A stretch of 64,000 nt of DNA from a virus. A model generated the notes under the pieces. The model made no database searches. It was not told the origin of the DNA and saw only the letters and a list, made by a program, of their open reading frames with translations. Made by a program: the position numbers and the translations under genes. The DNA is taken from IMG/VR virus record IMGVR_UViG_3300020442_000007, positions 32,001-96,000 of that record; one strand, 5' to 3'. Shown in pieces: positions 25,710 through 34,560 of this stretch (position 1 is its first letter; each line of letters starts with the position of its first letter).

Positions 25710-26176
25710 CAATAAAAGCAAAAGAAGTTTTGAAAAATAAATTTTGGCTCGTTGAAGACGATGGTGAGAAAATTGGTACACTATCATACGACAATGAAAA
25801 ATACATGTTAAATGACAGTCATGGACAATGTCATTACTTTAATACACAAAACGCAATATCTAAAAACTTAGGAAAAATTAACTGGACTAAATTAGATATA
25901 ACAGAGACTGCACCTTCAGAAAAAATTGTACATGGTATGCCTACCAGTTGTATACCGCACAATCCTGTGTACGATGTAAAACGAAAATTACCAATGTTTA
26001 GTAAATCTAATAAATCTAAAAGCCTTTATTGTGCAGGTTATTTTATAATTAGATTTGATAAGGGTTGGGTAAAAAGTTTTTGTCCGAAGCTAATTACTAT
26101 TGAACGTTATGAAAGCAAAGGGCCTTTTAAAACTGAATTAGAAATGCGAACGGAGTTATCACGTGTCAACAAATGA
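25706..26176 (+). CDS. hypothetical protein
   Basis: ATGA-coupled ORF; SKSLYCAGYF, SFCPKLITI. Confidence 0.75.
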   Translation: MTIKAKEVLKNKFWLVEDDGEKIGTLSYDNEKYMLNDSHGQCHYFNTQNAISKNLGKINWTKLDITETAPSEKIVHGMPTSCIPHNPVYDVKRKLPMFSKSNKSKSLYCAGYFIIRFDKGWVKSFCPKLITIERYESKGPFKTELEMRTELSRVNK

Positions 26177-26405
26177 ACCTTTAAATACCAGTGCAATACA
26201 AAACTTTATTCAAATGGTTAAAAGTGCAGAAGGTTCTAATGCTCCAGAGATACGTTTACCTATAGCCCAGGCTAAGAACCTTGCATATACCTTAGGTATT
26301 ACTATGGCAAGATTACATGGTGACTTAGAAAAATTTGTCAAAGAGAACAAATCCAATAATGATGAAGTTATAGAAGTAAACATGGATATGGGCGGGAAAT
26401 GGTAA
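26163..26405 (+). CDS. hypothetical protein
   Basis: GTG start after GGAG. Confidence 0.65.
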   Translation: MSTNEPLNTSAIQNFIQMVKSAEGSNAPEIRLPIAQAKNLAYTLGITMARLHGDLEKFVKENKSNNDEVIEVNMDMGGKW

Positions 26406-26443
26406 AATTTACCATTATTAAGTACATACTTAACTAAAAAAGA

Positions 26444-26451
26444 GATAAATA
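26444..26451 (+). promoter_or_regulatory. T4-late-like promoter box (GATAAATA)
   Basis: Intergenic, upstream of 26482. Confidence 0.45.
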
Positions 26452-26481
26452 TACGTAGTTAACTAACAAGGACTATGTATA

Positions 26482-26772
26482 ATGAGTAGACCAAAACCTA
26501 ACATATTATTAGAACATGTCGATAAAAAGACATATAAGAGTGAACAAGTATTACAAGCCGATGCTATCTGGGCTGTATTTTACGAAGGTGCTCCTTTTAA
26601 TCTTAAAACACAAAATATACTTACAAGCTATCCTGGTCCAAAATATAAAAAAGTTAGTTTTAGTAATCCAGGACATGCAATTAATCTTGCAAAGAAACTA
26701 AACGACACATTTGATTGCAATAAATTTTCAGTAGTAAAACTCACTAAAGGTGAAGAAGTTACTGAATCATGA
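26482..26772 (+). CDS. conserved phage hypothetical protein
   Basis: MSRPKP..YPGPKYKKVSFSNPGHA.NLAKKLN. Confidence 0.75.
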   Translation: MSRPKPNILLEHVDKKTYKSEQVLQADAIWAVFYEGAPFNLKTQNILTSYPGPKYKKVSFSNPGHAINLAKKLNDTFDCNKFSVVKLTKGEEVTES

Positions 26773-27158
26773 ATTGGAAAGAAGCATACACAAAAATATT
26801 CTTGAAAGAAGTTGGTAAATCAGTAAATGAATCTACTTTACAAGAATATATGCCTGTATGGTGGCAAAATACAAGGAACAAAGATGCAGGCGGCTTACGT
26901 TTGACTGACATTGGTATTGAGTTTGTCACAGAAGAACTTAAATTAACAACATATGATGTCCCTTTCCCTCAAGACTTTAAATTGACTTCCAACGTTTTGG
27001 TTTGGCTAGATGAATTTATAGACTGTCCATATTGGATTGGATCACACGGAATGATTGTAACGAACGAAAAGAAAGCATTAGAACTGCATCTTTTTTCTGG
27101 TGATGTGAAAAAATATGGCATAAACAAAGCATTATCAAGACAAAAAAAATCAAAATAA
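26769..27158 (+). CDS. conserved phage hypothetical protein
   Basis: WWQNTR..GGLRLT..G; ATGA coupling. Confidence 0.75.
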   Translation: MNWKEAYTKIFLKEVGKSVNESTLQEYMPVWWQNTRNKDAGGLRLTDIGIEFVTEELKLTTYDVPFPQDFKLTSNVLVWLDEFIDCPYWIGSHGMIVTNEKKALELHLFSGDVKKYGINKALSRQKKSK

Positions 27159-27171
27159 TTGCAAAAAAAGG

Positions 27172-27199
27172 TTGACTTTTATTCTAAAGGTGCTATACT
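27172..27199 (+). promoter_or_regulatory. sigma70 promoter with extended -10
   Basis: TTGACT-16-TATACT with TG upstream of -10 and an A-rich UP element. Confidence 0.75.
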
Positions 27200-27250
27200 A
27201 TATACATACTTAGAAATTAAGTATGGCACTGAAAAAAGAAGGAGTACATT

Positions 27251-28345
27251 ATGTCAACAGAAACACTAACAAGAACCGTAAGTCCCAATAAAGCTAAGAA
27301 AAGTATTTTACGGGCTTTTAACAAAAAACGTCCAATATTTTTATGGGGACCTCCAGGTATTGGTAAATCCGAAATTGTAGGACAAATTAATGATAACGTC
27401 CTAAAAAATAGTTTCCTTATTGATATTAGATTATCACTTTGGGAACCTACAGATATTAAAGGTATTCCATACTTTGATAGTAATTTATCTTCGATGGTAT
27501 GGGCACCTCCTGCAGAACTTCCTACAGAAGAGTTTGCATCTAAGTACGATAATATTGTATTGTTCTTAGACGAAATGAATTCAGCCGCTCCGGCAGTACA
27601 AGCGGCGGCTTATCAACTTATCCTAAACAGGAGAGTTGGACAATATAAACTTCCTGACAACGTTCTGATTGTTGCGGCAGGTAACAGAGAAGCCGATAAA
27701 GGTGTCACATATAGAATGCCTGCTCCGTTAGCTAACCGTTTTGTTCATTTAGAACTTGCCGTTGATTTTGATGATTGGTTTGCATGGGCAACTGAAAACA
27801 AAATCCACAAAGACGTTGTTGGTTATTTGACTTTTGCAAAGAAAGACTTGTATGACTTTGACCCTAAAAGTCCAAGTCGATCTTTTGCAACACCTCGTTC
27901 TTGGTCATTTGTGTCCGAATTACTTGAAGACGACGATGACGAGAATACCACTACTGATTTAGTTAGTGGCGCAGTCGGCGAAGGTTTGGCTGTGAAATTT
28001 AGTGCTCACCGTAAAATTGCGTCGAGCTTGCCTAATCCAACTGACATATTGGACGGCAAAGTAACAGACTTGAACACCCAAGAAATCAGTGCCATGTATT
28101 CCTTAACGGTGTCATTATGTTACGAATTGAAAGAAGCATCAGACAAAAATGATAAAAAGTTTGATGACAAAGTCAACAACTTTTTGAAGTTCTCAATGGC
28201 AAACTTTGAAACTGAGTTAGTTGTAATGGGTATTAAACTTGCACTTACTCAGTATGGTTTACCAATTGACCCGGATGAAGTTGCATGCTTTGATGAATTC
28301 CATGAGAAATATGGAAGGTATATCACAGCCGCTCAAAAGGCGTAA
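27251..28345 (+). CDS. MoxR/dynein-related AAA+ ATPase
   Basis: Walker A GPPGIGKS, Walker B LFLDEMN, AAGNR, PLANRF, TPRSW. Confidence 0.92.
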   Translation: MSTETLTRTVSPNKAKKSILRAFNKKRPIFLWGPPGIGKSEIVGQINDNVLKNSFLIDIRLSLWEPTDIKGIPYFDSNLSSMVWAPPAELPTEEFASKYDNIVLFLDEMNSAAPAVQAAAYQLILNRRVGQYKLPDNVLIVAAGNREADKGVTYRMPAPLANRFVHLELAVDFDDWFAWATENKIHKDVVGYLTFAKKDLYDFDPKSPSRSFATPRSWSFVSELLEDDDDENTTTDLVSGAVGEGLAVKFSAHRKIASSLPNPTDILDGKVTDLNTQEISAMYSLTVSLCYELKEASDKNDKKFDDKVNNFLKFSMANFETELVVMGIKLALTQYGLPIDPDEVACFDEFHEKYGRYITAAQKA

Positions 28346-28352
28346 CGGTGAC

Positions 28353-28395
28353 AATGAGTTTGGACGTTCTCATTCAAAAAAACGTCCTTTTTCTC
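28353..28395 (+). terminator. hairpin + U-tract terminator that can also fold as an H-type pseudoknot
   Basis: GGACGTT(28362-68)/AACGTCC(28381-87) then TTTTTCTC; loop CTCATT pairs with upstream AATGAG(28353-58). Confidence 0.65.
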
Positions 28396-28424
28396 TTGAC
28401 TTTTGACGTTAAATATAGTATTAT
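28396..28424 (+). promoter_or_regulatory. sigma70 promoter
   Basis: TTGACT-17-TATTAT upstream of 28461. Confidence 0.7.
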
Positions 28425-28460
28425 TAATACATAATAAGGCACTGAACAAAGGAATATATT

Positions 28461-29768
28461 ATGACAACTTGCACTACAAAGGTAACAGATGTTACAAAAA
28501 TAGGCAAAAAACATTGGCAACCTGATCCAAACATTACACAAGAAGAATTAGAAACTATGAGAGCAGACGTTATAGAACGTATTGTTGTTGCTCGTGTTGG
28601 ATTATTGCTTAGACATCCTTTTTTCGGTAACATGGCTACACGTCTACGTATTAAAGAAGCTGACGAATGGATTCCTACCGCGGCTGTAGATGGTCGTAAC
28701 TTATATTTCAATACACAATTTTTCAATGCAATGTCTAACAAAGAGATTGAATTTGTTATTGCACATGAAATATTACATTGTGTTTTTGATCATCTTACAC
28801 GTAGAGAAGATAGAGATGCTCGTATTCATAACATTGCGGCTGACTATATTGTAAACAATTTATTGGTACGTGATAGAATTGGTGAAAAACCTAAATTAAT
28901 TGACTGCTATCAAGATTTTAAATATGATGGTTGGACATCTGAAGCAGTATATGATGACATATTTGAAAAGTATGACGAAGAAGAATTAGAACAACTAGGC
29001 GAATTATTAGACGAACATGTTGACTGGGAAGGCGCAGGAGATAAACAAGGTTCAGGTCCAGGCGTAAAAACAAAATCTAAAAATGGGAAGCCTTCTTATA
29101 CTAAAGATGAGCTTAAAAAGATCCGTGATGAAATAAAAGAAAATATGATGTCTGCGGCACAAGCCGCTGGTGCAGGTAATGTTCCTGGTGAAATTGAAAG
29201 AATGATAAAGGAACTTACTGAACCTAAGATGAGCTGGCGTGAGATATTGAGACAACAAATACAGTCTACAATACGTAATGATTTTACGTTTAGTCGACCT
29301 AACAGAAAAGGTTGGCATACTGGTGCAATACTTCCAGGACTTAATTTCGATGAAACAATAGACATTGCAATTGGTATCGATATGAGTGGTTCTATTGGTA
29401 ATGATCAGGCAAAAGATTTTCTAAGTGAAGTCAAAGGAATCATGGACGAATACAAAGACTTTAATATCAAATTATGGTGTTTTGATACTAAGGTCTACAA
29501 CGAACAAGACTTTACTGCTGATAACGGAATGGATATTAGAGATTACCAAATTATGGGAGGTGGCGGCACCGAATTTGATTGTAATTGGAATTATATGAAA
29601 GAAAACGATATACGACCTAAAAAATTTATTATGTTTACAGATGGTTATCCTTGGGAGAGTTGGGGTGACGAGAACTATTGTGATACAGTATTTGTAATAC
29701 ATAGTCATCACGATAAAAACCTTGAAGCACCATTTGGACTTACTACACACTATGAACAAGCCGCATAA
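28461..29768 (+). CDS. metallopeptidase + vWA domain protein (DUF2201-type), partner of the MoxR ATPase
   Basis: TAAVDG, IAHEILH (HExxH), NIAADY.VN; MIDAS DMSGS, GGGGT, FTDGY. Confidence 0.88.
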   Translation: MTTCTTKVTDVTKIGKKHWQPDPNITQEELETMRADVIERIVVARVGLLLRHPFFGNMATRLRIKEADEWIPTAAVDGRNLYFNTQFFNAMSNKEIEFVIAHEILHCVFDHLTRREDRDARIHNIAADYIVNNLLVRDRIGEKPKLIDCYQDFKYDGWTSEAVYDDIFEKYDEEELEQLGELLDEHVDWEGAGDKQGSGPGVKTKSKNGKPSYTKDELKKIRDEIKENMMSAAQAAGAGNVPGEIERMIKELTEPKMSWREILRQQIQSTIRNDFTFSRPNRKGWHTGAILPGLNFDETIDIAIGIDMSGSIGNDQAKDFLSEVKGIMDEYKDFNIKLWCFDTKVYNEQDFTADNGMDIRDYQIMGGGGTEFDCNWNYMKENDIRPKKFIMFTDGYPWESWGDENYCDTVFVIHSHHDKNLEAPFGLTTHYEQAA

Positions 29769-30042
29769 ACTTAAAGATCCCAATGCATTAAACTTTTTTA
29801 AGTTACGGAAACTTAACAGAATCCCACCACATTTTGAATTCATTTCTGTGCCATTAACTTATAATTTACAAGGAAGTATTGAGAAATGGATAATGACTAA
29901 TCTAAAAGGTAGGTACTACATCGATAAAAATATAGACGTTGATGACAGAGATTCTATCCAAAATGTCCTAAAAATTGGGTTTGAAGAGGGCAAAGAGATG
30001 AGTTATTTCACTTTAGCCTGCCCACATTTGAAATATAAGTAA
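29752..30042 (+). CDS. hypothetical protein
   Basis: Likely start MNKPHK; WI..NLKGRY, IGFE..E.SYF.LACP. Confidence 0.7.
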   Translation: MNKPHKLKDPNALNFFKLRKLNRIPPHFEFISVPLTYNLQGSIEKWIMTNLKGRYYIDKNIDVDDRDSIQNVLKIGFEEGKEMSYFTLACPHLKYK

Positions 30043-30064
30043 ATAATACGAAGGAGAAATACTT

Positions 30065-30367
30065 ATGAGCGAAGACGCAAAGATCAACGAACTAGGAGAT
30101 ATTTCCGCTGCCGCGCCAACACCAGAGCAAAATAAAGATGCTGGTAAGCCTGCAGATCCTGCTACACCTCCAGGAGAAGGAAAGACCTTAGAATTAACTG
30201 TAAACGATTTACAGTTATTACGCCAATCAATTGAAGTGGCAACATCAAGAGGTGCTTTTAAAGCAAATGAAATGTTGACTATCGGAACGGTATTTAATAA
30301 GTTAGAAACCTTTTTAAATATGGTTGCCCAGCAACAACAAAAACAAGGAGACGCAAATGGCTCTTAA
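30065..30367 (+). CDS. hypothetical protein
   Basis: AAGGAG RBS; LTVNDL..I.VATSRGAFKANEM. Confidence 0.75.
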   Translation: MSEDAKINELGDISAAAPTPEQNKDAGKPADPATPPGEGKTLELTVNDLQLLRQSIEVATSRGAFKANEMLTIGTVFNKLETFLNMVAQQQQKQGDANGS

Positions 30368-30974
30368 ACATGTCGGAAGACTAAAAAACAATAAAAATAA
30401 AGTTGTAGTAGCATATAGAACTGTACCTGGCGATGCCAAACATGCAGTTGTAGTAAACACTCCAGCTTTGTCCGCAGACGAACATGATTCATTGATGAAA
30501 TATGTAGAATCACAAGCAGGACAGGATGCTTATGAGTTTGCAGAAATGATGGCTAGAGCAACATTACCAGATGGTAGAAATATGTTAGCCGCATTTCATA
30601 CTACAGGAAAAATGATGAAAGTTGCAGTTGAAGAAGTAGAAATGCAACCTGATCATCAAACTGTAATGCCTTTAGATGAACTCAATCAAATGATTGCAGA
30701 ACAAAAAGGTGTAACTATTGACGAACTTGCAATCAAACCAGATGTGCCAGTAAATGAAAGCACAGAAGCAACACCAGTTGCGAGTATGCAAACAGCTGAT
30801 ATACCAACTTCACAGGACAATAATGTATTGTCAGATGCAGACTTAGCTGCACAATATCGTAGTCAGGCAGATGGTTTGTACAAAGAAGCAAAAGCTCTTA
30901 GAGCGAAAGCTGAAGAACTAGTACCGACTATTAAAAAGTCTAAAGCAAAAGCTACGTCAAGTGTCGCCGGATAA
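30357..30974 (+). CDS. hypothetical protein
   Basis: Start MALKHVG after AAGGAG. Confidence 0.75.
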   Translation: MALKHVGRLKNNKNKVVVAYRTVPGDAKHAVVVNTPALSADEHDSLMKYVESQAGQDAYEFAEMMARATLPDGRNMLAAFHTTGKMMKVAVEEVEMQPDHQTVMPLDELNQMIAEQKGVTIDELAIKPDVPVNESTEATPVASMQTADIPTSQDNNVLSDADLAAQYRSQADGLYKEAKALRAKAEELVPTIKKSKAKATSSVAG

Positions 30975-31281
30975 GACAAAACTTCCGAAGCATGTAATAG
31001 ATATATGGCCGGATGTATTTAAAGACATAGACTTAAAAGTAGTCCCAATCGACTACATACATACCATTAGGGTAGTGTTTCATGATGGCAAAATATGGGA
31101 CATAGACATACAAAAGTCTAAAGATGAAAATGGACGTAAAGTAAATGTTCAAAAAGAACTTGAAGGCATCTTTAGACAGTATGAAAAAGATATTTCCAAT
31201 GTAGATTTTAGACTAGATACTGAACGTTTGAAAAGGGACATCAAGAAAAGAACTGCTCTTTTTATGAAAAAACGAAGGTAG
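30961..31281 (+). CDS. hypothetical protein
   Basis: GTG start; WPDVF..I..VP..Y. Confidence 0.7.
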   Translation: MSPDKTKLPKHVIDIWPDVFKDIDLKVVPIDYIHTIRVVFHDGKIWDIDIQKSKDENGRKVNVQKELEGIFRQYEKDISNVDFRLDTERLKRDIKKRTALFMKKRR

Positions 31282-31286
31282 ATCTA

Positions 31287-32420
31287 ATGAAAGCATTTGT
31301 TATACAACATGATAATCCTTTAGATTCTTGGTTTTATCGAGTAGTAACAAACTATACAAAATTAAACTTTGATTATTGTATGGCAAATCGTTTCAAAGAA
31401 AATCAAGACTGGAAATTCTTTGAATCTTATTCTCCTATTGATAATTGCATTGAAGATTTTGAATATACAATAGTTGTCAAACCAGGAGTAATTTTTCCTT
31501 ATTCTTATTTCCAACGTGAGATAGAACATAAACTTGGAAAGTACAAAATTACAAAAATCGGTCCTGCTAAAGTTTATCATTCAGATTTAAGCCTACCACA
31601 AGAGGGCACTTTACATGTGTCTTATAGATTTCCTTATATTGATCCAACAAACGAAGATACATTTGCTTCAACTCACGATCAAGGAATAGAAATGTTGTTG
31701 AAGAATTCTAACTTGTCTTATGTTGTACACAATGAAATACCAGAACCAACCTACAATTTAAATATGCCTATAAAATGGGCAATGACTGTGAGTTCTGGCT
31801 TTTATATAAATTATATTTTAGATGCCGGAGGTTTTGATACTGATACTATTATCAATCACGTTGATATAAGCAAAAGTAGTTTGGAAGTTAGAAGGTATAC
31901 GATAGATTATTGGAATGGGTTAGATTATTTAAAATGGCTTGATCATTTATATGAAAAATTTCCTCTATTGAATGTATTTAACGGAAAACAGTTTAGACGT
32001 GGACATCAACCTACACATAAAGTATTAGACCATATGCGAGAAAAATGGTCAGAAGAAGCATGGCTCAAACATTGGAACAAATATCAAAAATGCACACACA
32101 ACTATTACCATTGTAATTTTGCTGATACTAAAAATCTACGGAAAATTTTGAAAAAATTTCATGCTCCTTACTATGGTAGTGTATTTTGGTATGATGGAGC
32201 ATTGAAAAGAATGCCTGCTAATATAAACAAAACTAGTGAACAAAGCCATAAAAATGCAAAAGCATTTATGCGTTCATTAGTAGATTACAATCCAAGTATG
32301 CTAGTATATGGTTCAGATCATTGTTGTGCTACATTCAATGGAATAAGTGCTGCAGATGCCCTAGCAAATATGCAAGAGGATACAAGGCAAAAATTATGGA
32401 GGGAAATTAATGCGATATAG
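31287..32420 (+). CDS. hypothetical protein, possibly a degenerate transferase
   Basis: 377-aa ORF; no motif recognised with confidence. Confidence 0.6.
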   Translation: MKAFVIQHDNPLDSWFYRVVTNYTKLNFDYCMANRFKENQDWKFFESYSPIDNCIEDFEYTIVVKPGVIFPYSYFQREIEHKLGKYKITKIGPAKVYHSDLSLPQEGTLHVSYRFPYIDPTNEDTFASTHDQGIEMLLKNSNLSYVVHNEIPEPTYNLNMPIKWAMTVSSGFYINYILDAGGFDTDTIINHVDISKSSLEVRRYTIDYWNGLDYLKWLDHLYEKFPLLNVFNGKQFRRGHQPTHKVLDHMREKWSEEAWLKHWNKYQKCTHNYYHCNFADTKNLRKILKKFHAPYYGSVFWYDGALKRMPANINKTSEQSHKNAKAFMRSLVDYNPSMLVYGSDHCCATFNGISAADALANMQEDTRQKLWREINAI

Positions 32421-33024
32421 AGGTATATCAGAAGCTGAGCATCATCGGGTCTTACATGAAATAAAAATAGATAGACAATCGTTTATAGACTTTTACAATA
32501 TGTTTCCAAAAGAAACACATCTTCCTTGGAATGAATTTAAATTAAAATATAATGCGAATAATCCTTACAGACGCAATCTTACAGACAAATTTAAAATGGT
32601 ATATGCTCCTGCATATGAAGGTAAAGAACTTATAGAATATCCAATTATACAAGAATTAATTAGTAAATTTAATTTCAGGAATCCACTGATAGTCACTGAT
32701 ATACAAATACTAACTTATGACCCTGGCTTTAGATTTAAAACACATATTGATGCAGAAGTTAATTGGAGTATGTTTTTGCCTTTGATACCAGAAGATGGTG
32801 GAGAACCTTTAGTGTATCACGAAGGCGAAAATATGAAAGATCCTGGTCCAGAAATATACCGTGTGCATTATTGTACTGAACACTTGACTCTTACAACAGG
32901 AGCAGTAATACATAGAGTTCCGGAAATGGCTGGGCCAAGAGTGCTTTTACGCATCAGGAGTGGCGATGAAACCTATCAAGAGCTTATTGATAAGATTAAT
33001 AAAGGCACATTCTTTAATATATAA
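32410..33024 (+). CDS. putative Fe(II)/2OG oxygenase-fold (DSBH) protein
   Basis: FKTHIDAE ... VIHRVPE..PRVLLRI (HxD...H, R). Confidence 0.6.
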   Translation: MRYRGISEAEHHRVLHEIKIDRQSFIDFYNMFPKETHLPWNEFKLKYNANNPYRRNLTDKFKMVYAPAYEGKELIEYPIIQELISKFNFRNPLIVTDIQILTYDPGFRFKTHIDAEVNWSMFLPLIPEDGGEPLVYHEGENMKDPGPEIYRVHYCTEHLTLTTGAVIHRVPEMAGPRVLLRIRSGDETYQELIDKINKGTFFNI

Positions 33025-33034
33025 GTATTTTGCT

Positions 33035-33094
33035 TATAAATACATTATACAAAGCAAAAACGAAGATAAGTATTATTGCAATATGGCATAAATA
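33035..33094 (+). promoter_or_regulatory. T4-late-like promoter boxes
   Basis: TATAAATA at 33035-42 and CATAAATA at 33087-94 upstream of the tail fibre gene. Confidence 0.55.
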
Positions 33095-33127
33095 CATATA
33101 AGAAACGATATTTCAGGAGTTCTATAA

Positions 33128-34522
33128 ATGGCTTTAAGACTTAGACGTGGTACTAATGCAGAAAGACTGTTAGTTACCCCATTAGAGGGCGAATTAGTAT
33201 ATACCACAGACACAAAAAAGATTTTCGCGGGAGATGGCACAACTATTGGCGGTACAGAAATTGCGGGCCTGAATAGTGTAGTAGCAGATACTACTCCTCA
33301 ACTAGGTGGAAACCTAGATTTAAATAGTCAAAATATAACAGGTATAGGTAACATCACAATAGATGGTACTATTACTGCACCACAATTTGAAGGTAACATA
33401 TTAGCAGACGATAGTACATTGGTGTTCAATAGTGCTACTCAAGCACTAGCAATTACAAACTTAACAATTTCCGGTGATGTAGATTTAACCGAAGCTACAA
33501 ATAAATTAGACGTATTTTCCAATCATGCTAGTACATCTAGCAACATAGTTTTAAATAGATCAAAAGGGACTAAAGCCAGCCCAACTGCTCTTAGTGATAA
33601 TGACAATATTTTTGGTATTAAATTTGTAGGACATGATGGGACTAGCTATACCGGTGGTGCAAGTATTATTTCTGATATTGATGGAACAGTATCAACAGGT
33701 AATGTACCAGCTGATTTATCTTTCAAAGTAACTAATTCAAGTGGTACAGAATTAACACCTATTAAATTAAATTCAAGTGGTATAATTGAAACTAACACAC
33801 AAGTAAACAATTTTGAAAGTTCATTTTTTTATAGTGTAGGAAATTCATCAAATGCTAGAAGTATAGAAAGATACAGATCAAGAGGCTCAGTCGCCGCTCC
33901 AGTAGTCAATAATGTAAACGATCTAATCTACCAAGACAAGTACTATGGTTATGATGGTGCGGCTCATAAGATGGTTGTAAGAACACAAGGTATGGTTGGT
34001 AACAGTAGTATATCATCAGGTGTAATGAGTGGTAGATATCGTGTGCGTATGACAGACGCATCAGGTACAGAAAAGACGTACTTAGATATCAGAGGTAATG
34101 ATGATAAAATACAAATTCGTAGTGATTTAGAAATTCCACAATTTAGTTTAGTAGTAGGTGGTATAAAACATTTTGAGAATAGAATTGTTGGTCTTGATTC
34201 AAACGCAGATATTGAAATCCAAGCATCTGGTACAGGTGATGTAGTAGTATCAGGTGGTTTAAGATCAGATGGTATTAAATTTGAAGGCAACACTATTAAA
34301 ACTACGGATTCCAACGCACCATTAGAGCTTTCAGCTTCAGGCACAGGCATTGTTTCAGCAACAAATTTGACTGCTTTGAATTACATGCAACTTCCGGTGT
34401 ATGCTAACAATACTGCAAGAGATTCAGCAATAAGTTCACCAAACGCAGGTATGCTTATATTCAATTCAACAGGCACTAAATTCCAAGGTTATACTGGTGC
34501 TGCTTGGGTAGACCTAAATTAA
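33128..34522 (+). CDS. tail fibre / virion appendage protein
   Basis: Mtd_N-like start LRLRRGT..EGELVYTTDTKKIFAGDG; DTTPQLGGNLDLN; Gly/Ser/Thr-rich internal repeats; C-terminal GMLIFN..KFQGY. Confidence 0.8.
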   Translation: MALRLRRGTNAERLLVTPLEGELVYTTDTKKIFAGDGTTIGGTEIAGLNSVVADTTPQLGGNLDLNSQNITGIGNITIDGTITAPQFEGNILADDSTLVFNSATQALAITNLTISGDVDLTEATNKLDVFSNHASTSSNIVLNRSKGTKASPTALSDNDNIFGIKFVGHDGTSYTGGASIISDIDGTVSTGNVPADLSFKVTNSSGTELTPIKLNSSGIIETNTQVNNFESSFFYSVGNSSNARSIERYRSRGSVAAPVVNNVNDLIYQDKYYGYDGAAHKMVVRTQGMVGNSSISSGVMSGRYRVRMTDASGTEKTYLDIRGNDDKIQIRSDLEIPQFSLVVGGIKHFENRIVGLDSNADIEIQASGTGDVVVSGGLRSDGIKFEGNTIKTTDSNAPLELSASGTGIVSATNLTALNYMQLPVYANNTARDSAISSPNAGMLIFNSTGTKFQGYTGAAWVDLN

Positions 34523-34525
34523 CAG

Positions 34526-34554
34526 TTGACAATATAAGTAATTCATAGTATAAT
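34526..34554 (+). promoter_or_regulatory. sigma70 promoter (perfect consensus), probably leaderless transcript
   Basis: TTGACA-17-TATAAT, ATG 6 nt after -10, no RBS. Confidence 0.88.
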
Positions 34555-34560
34555 TAAACT

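Noticed and set aside
28334-28463. Readthrough or frameshift fusing the AAA ATPase to the vWA protein via the pseudoknot
   Set aside because: In-frame TAA CGG TGA stops again at once; the vWA frame has TGA at 28404; the -1 frame is not the vWA frame and the A_AAG site is 13 nt from the structure
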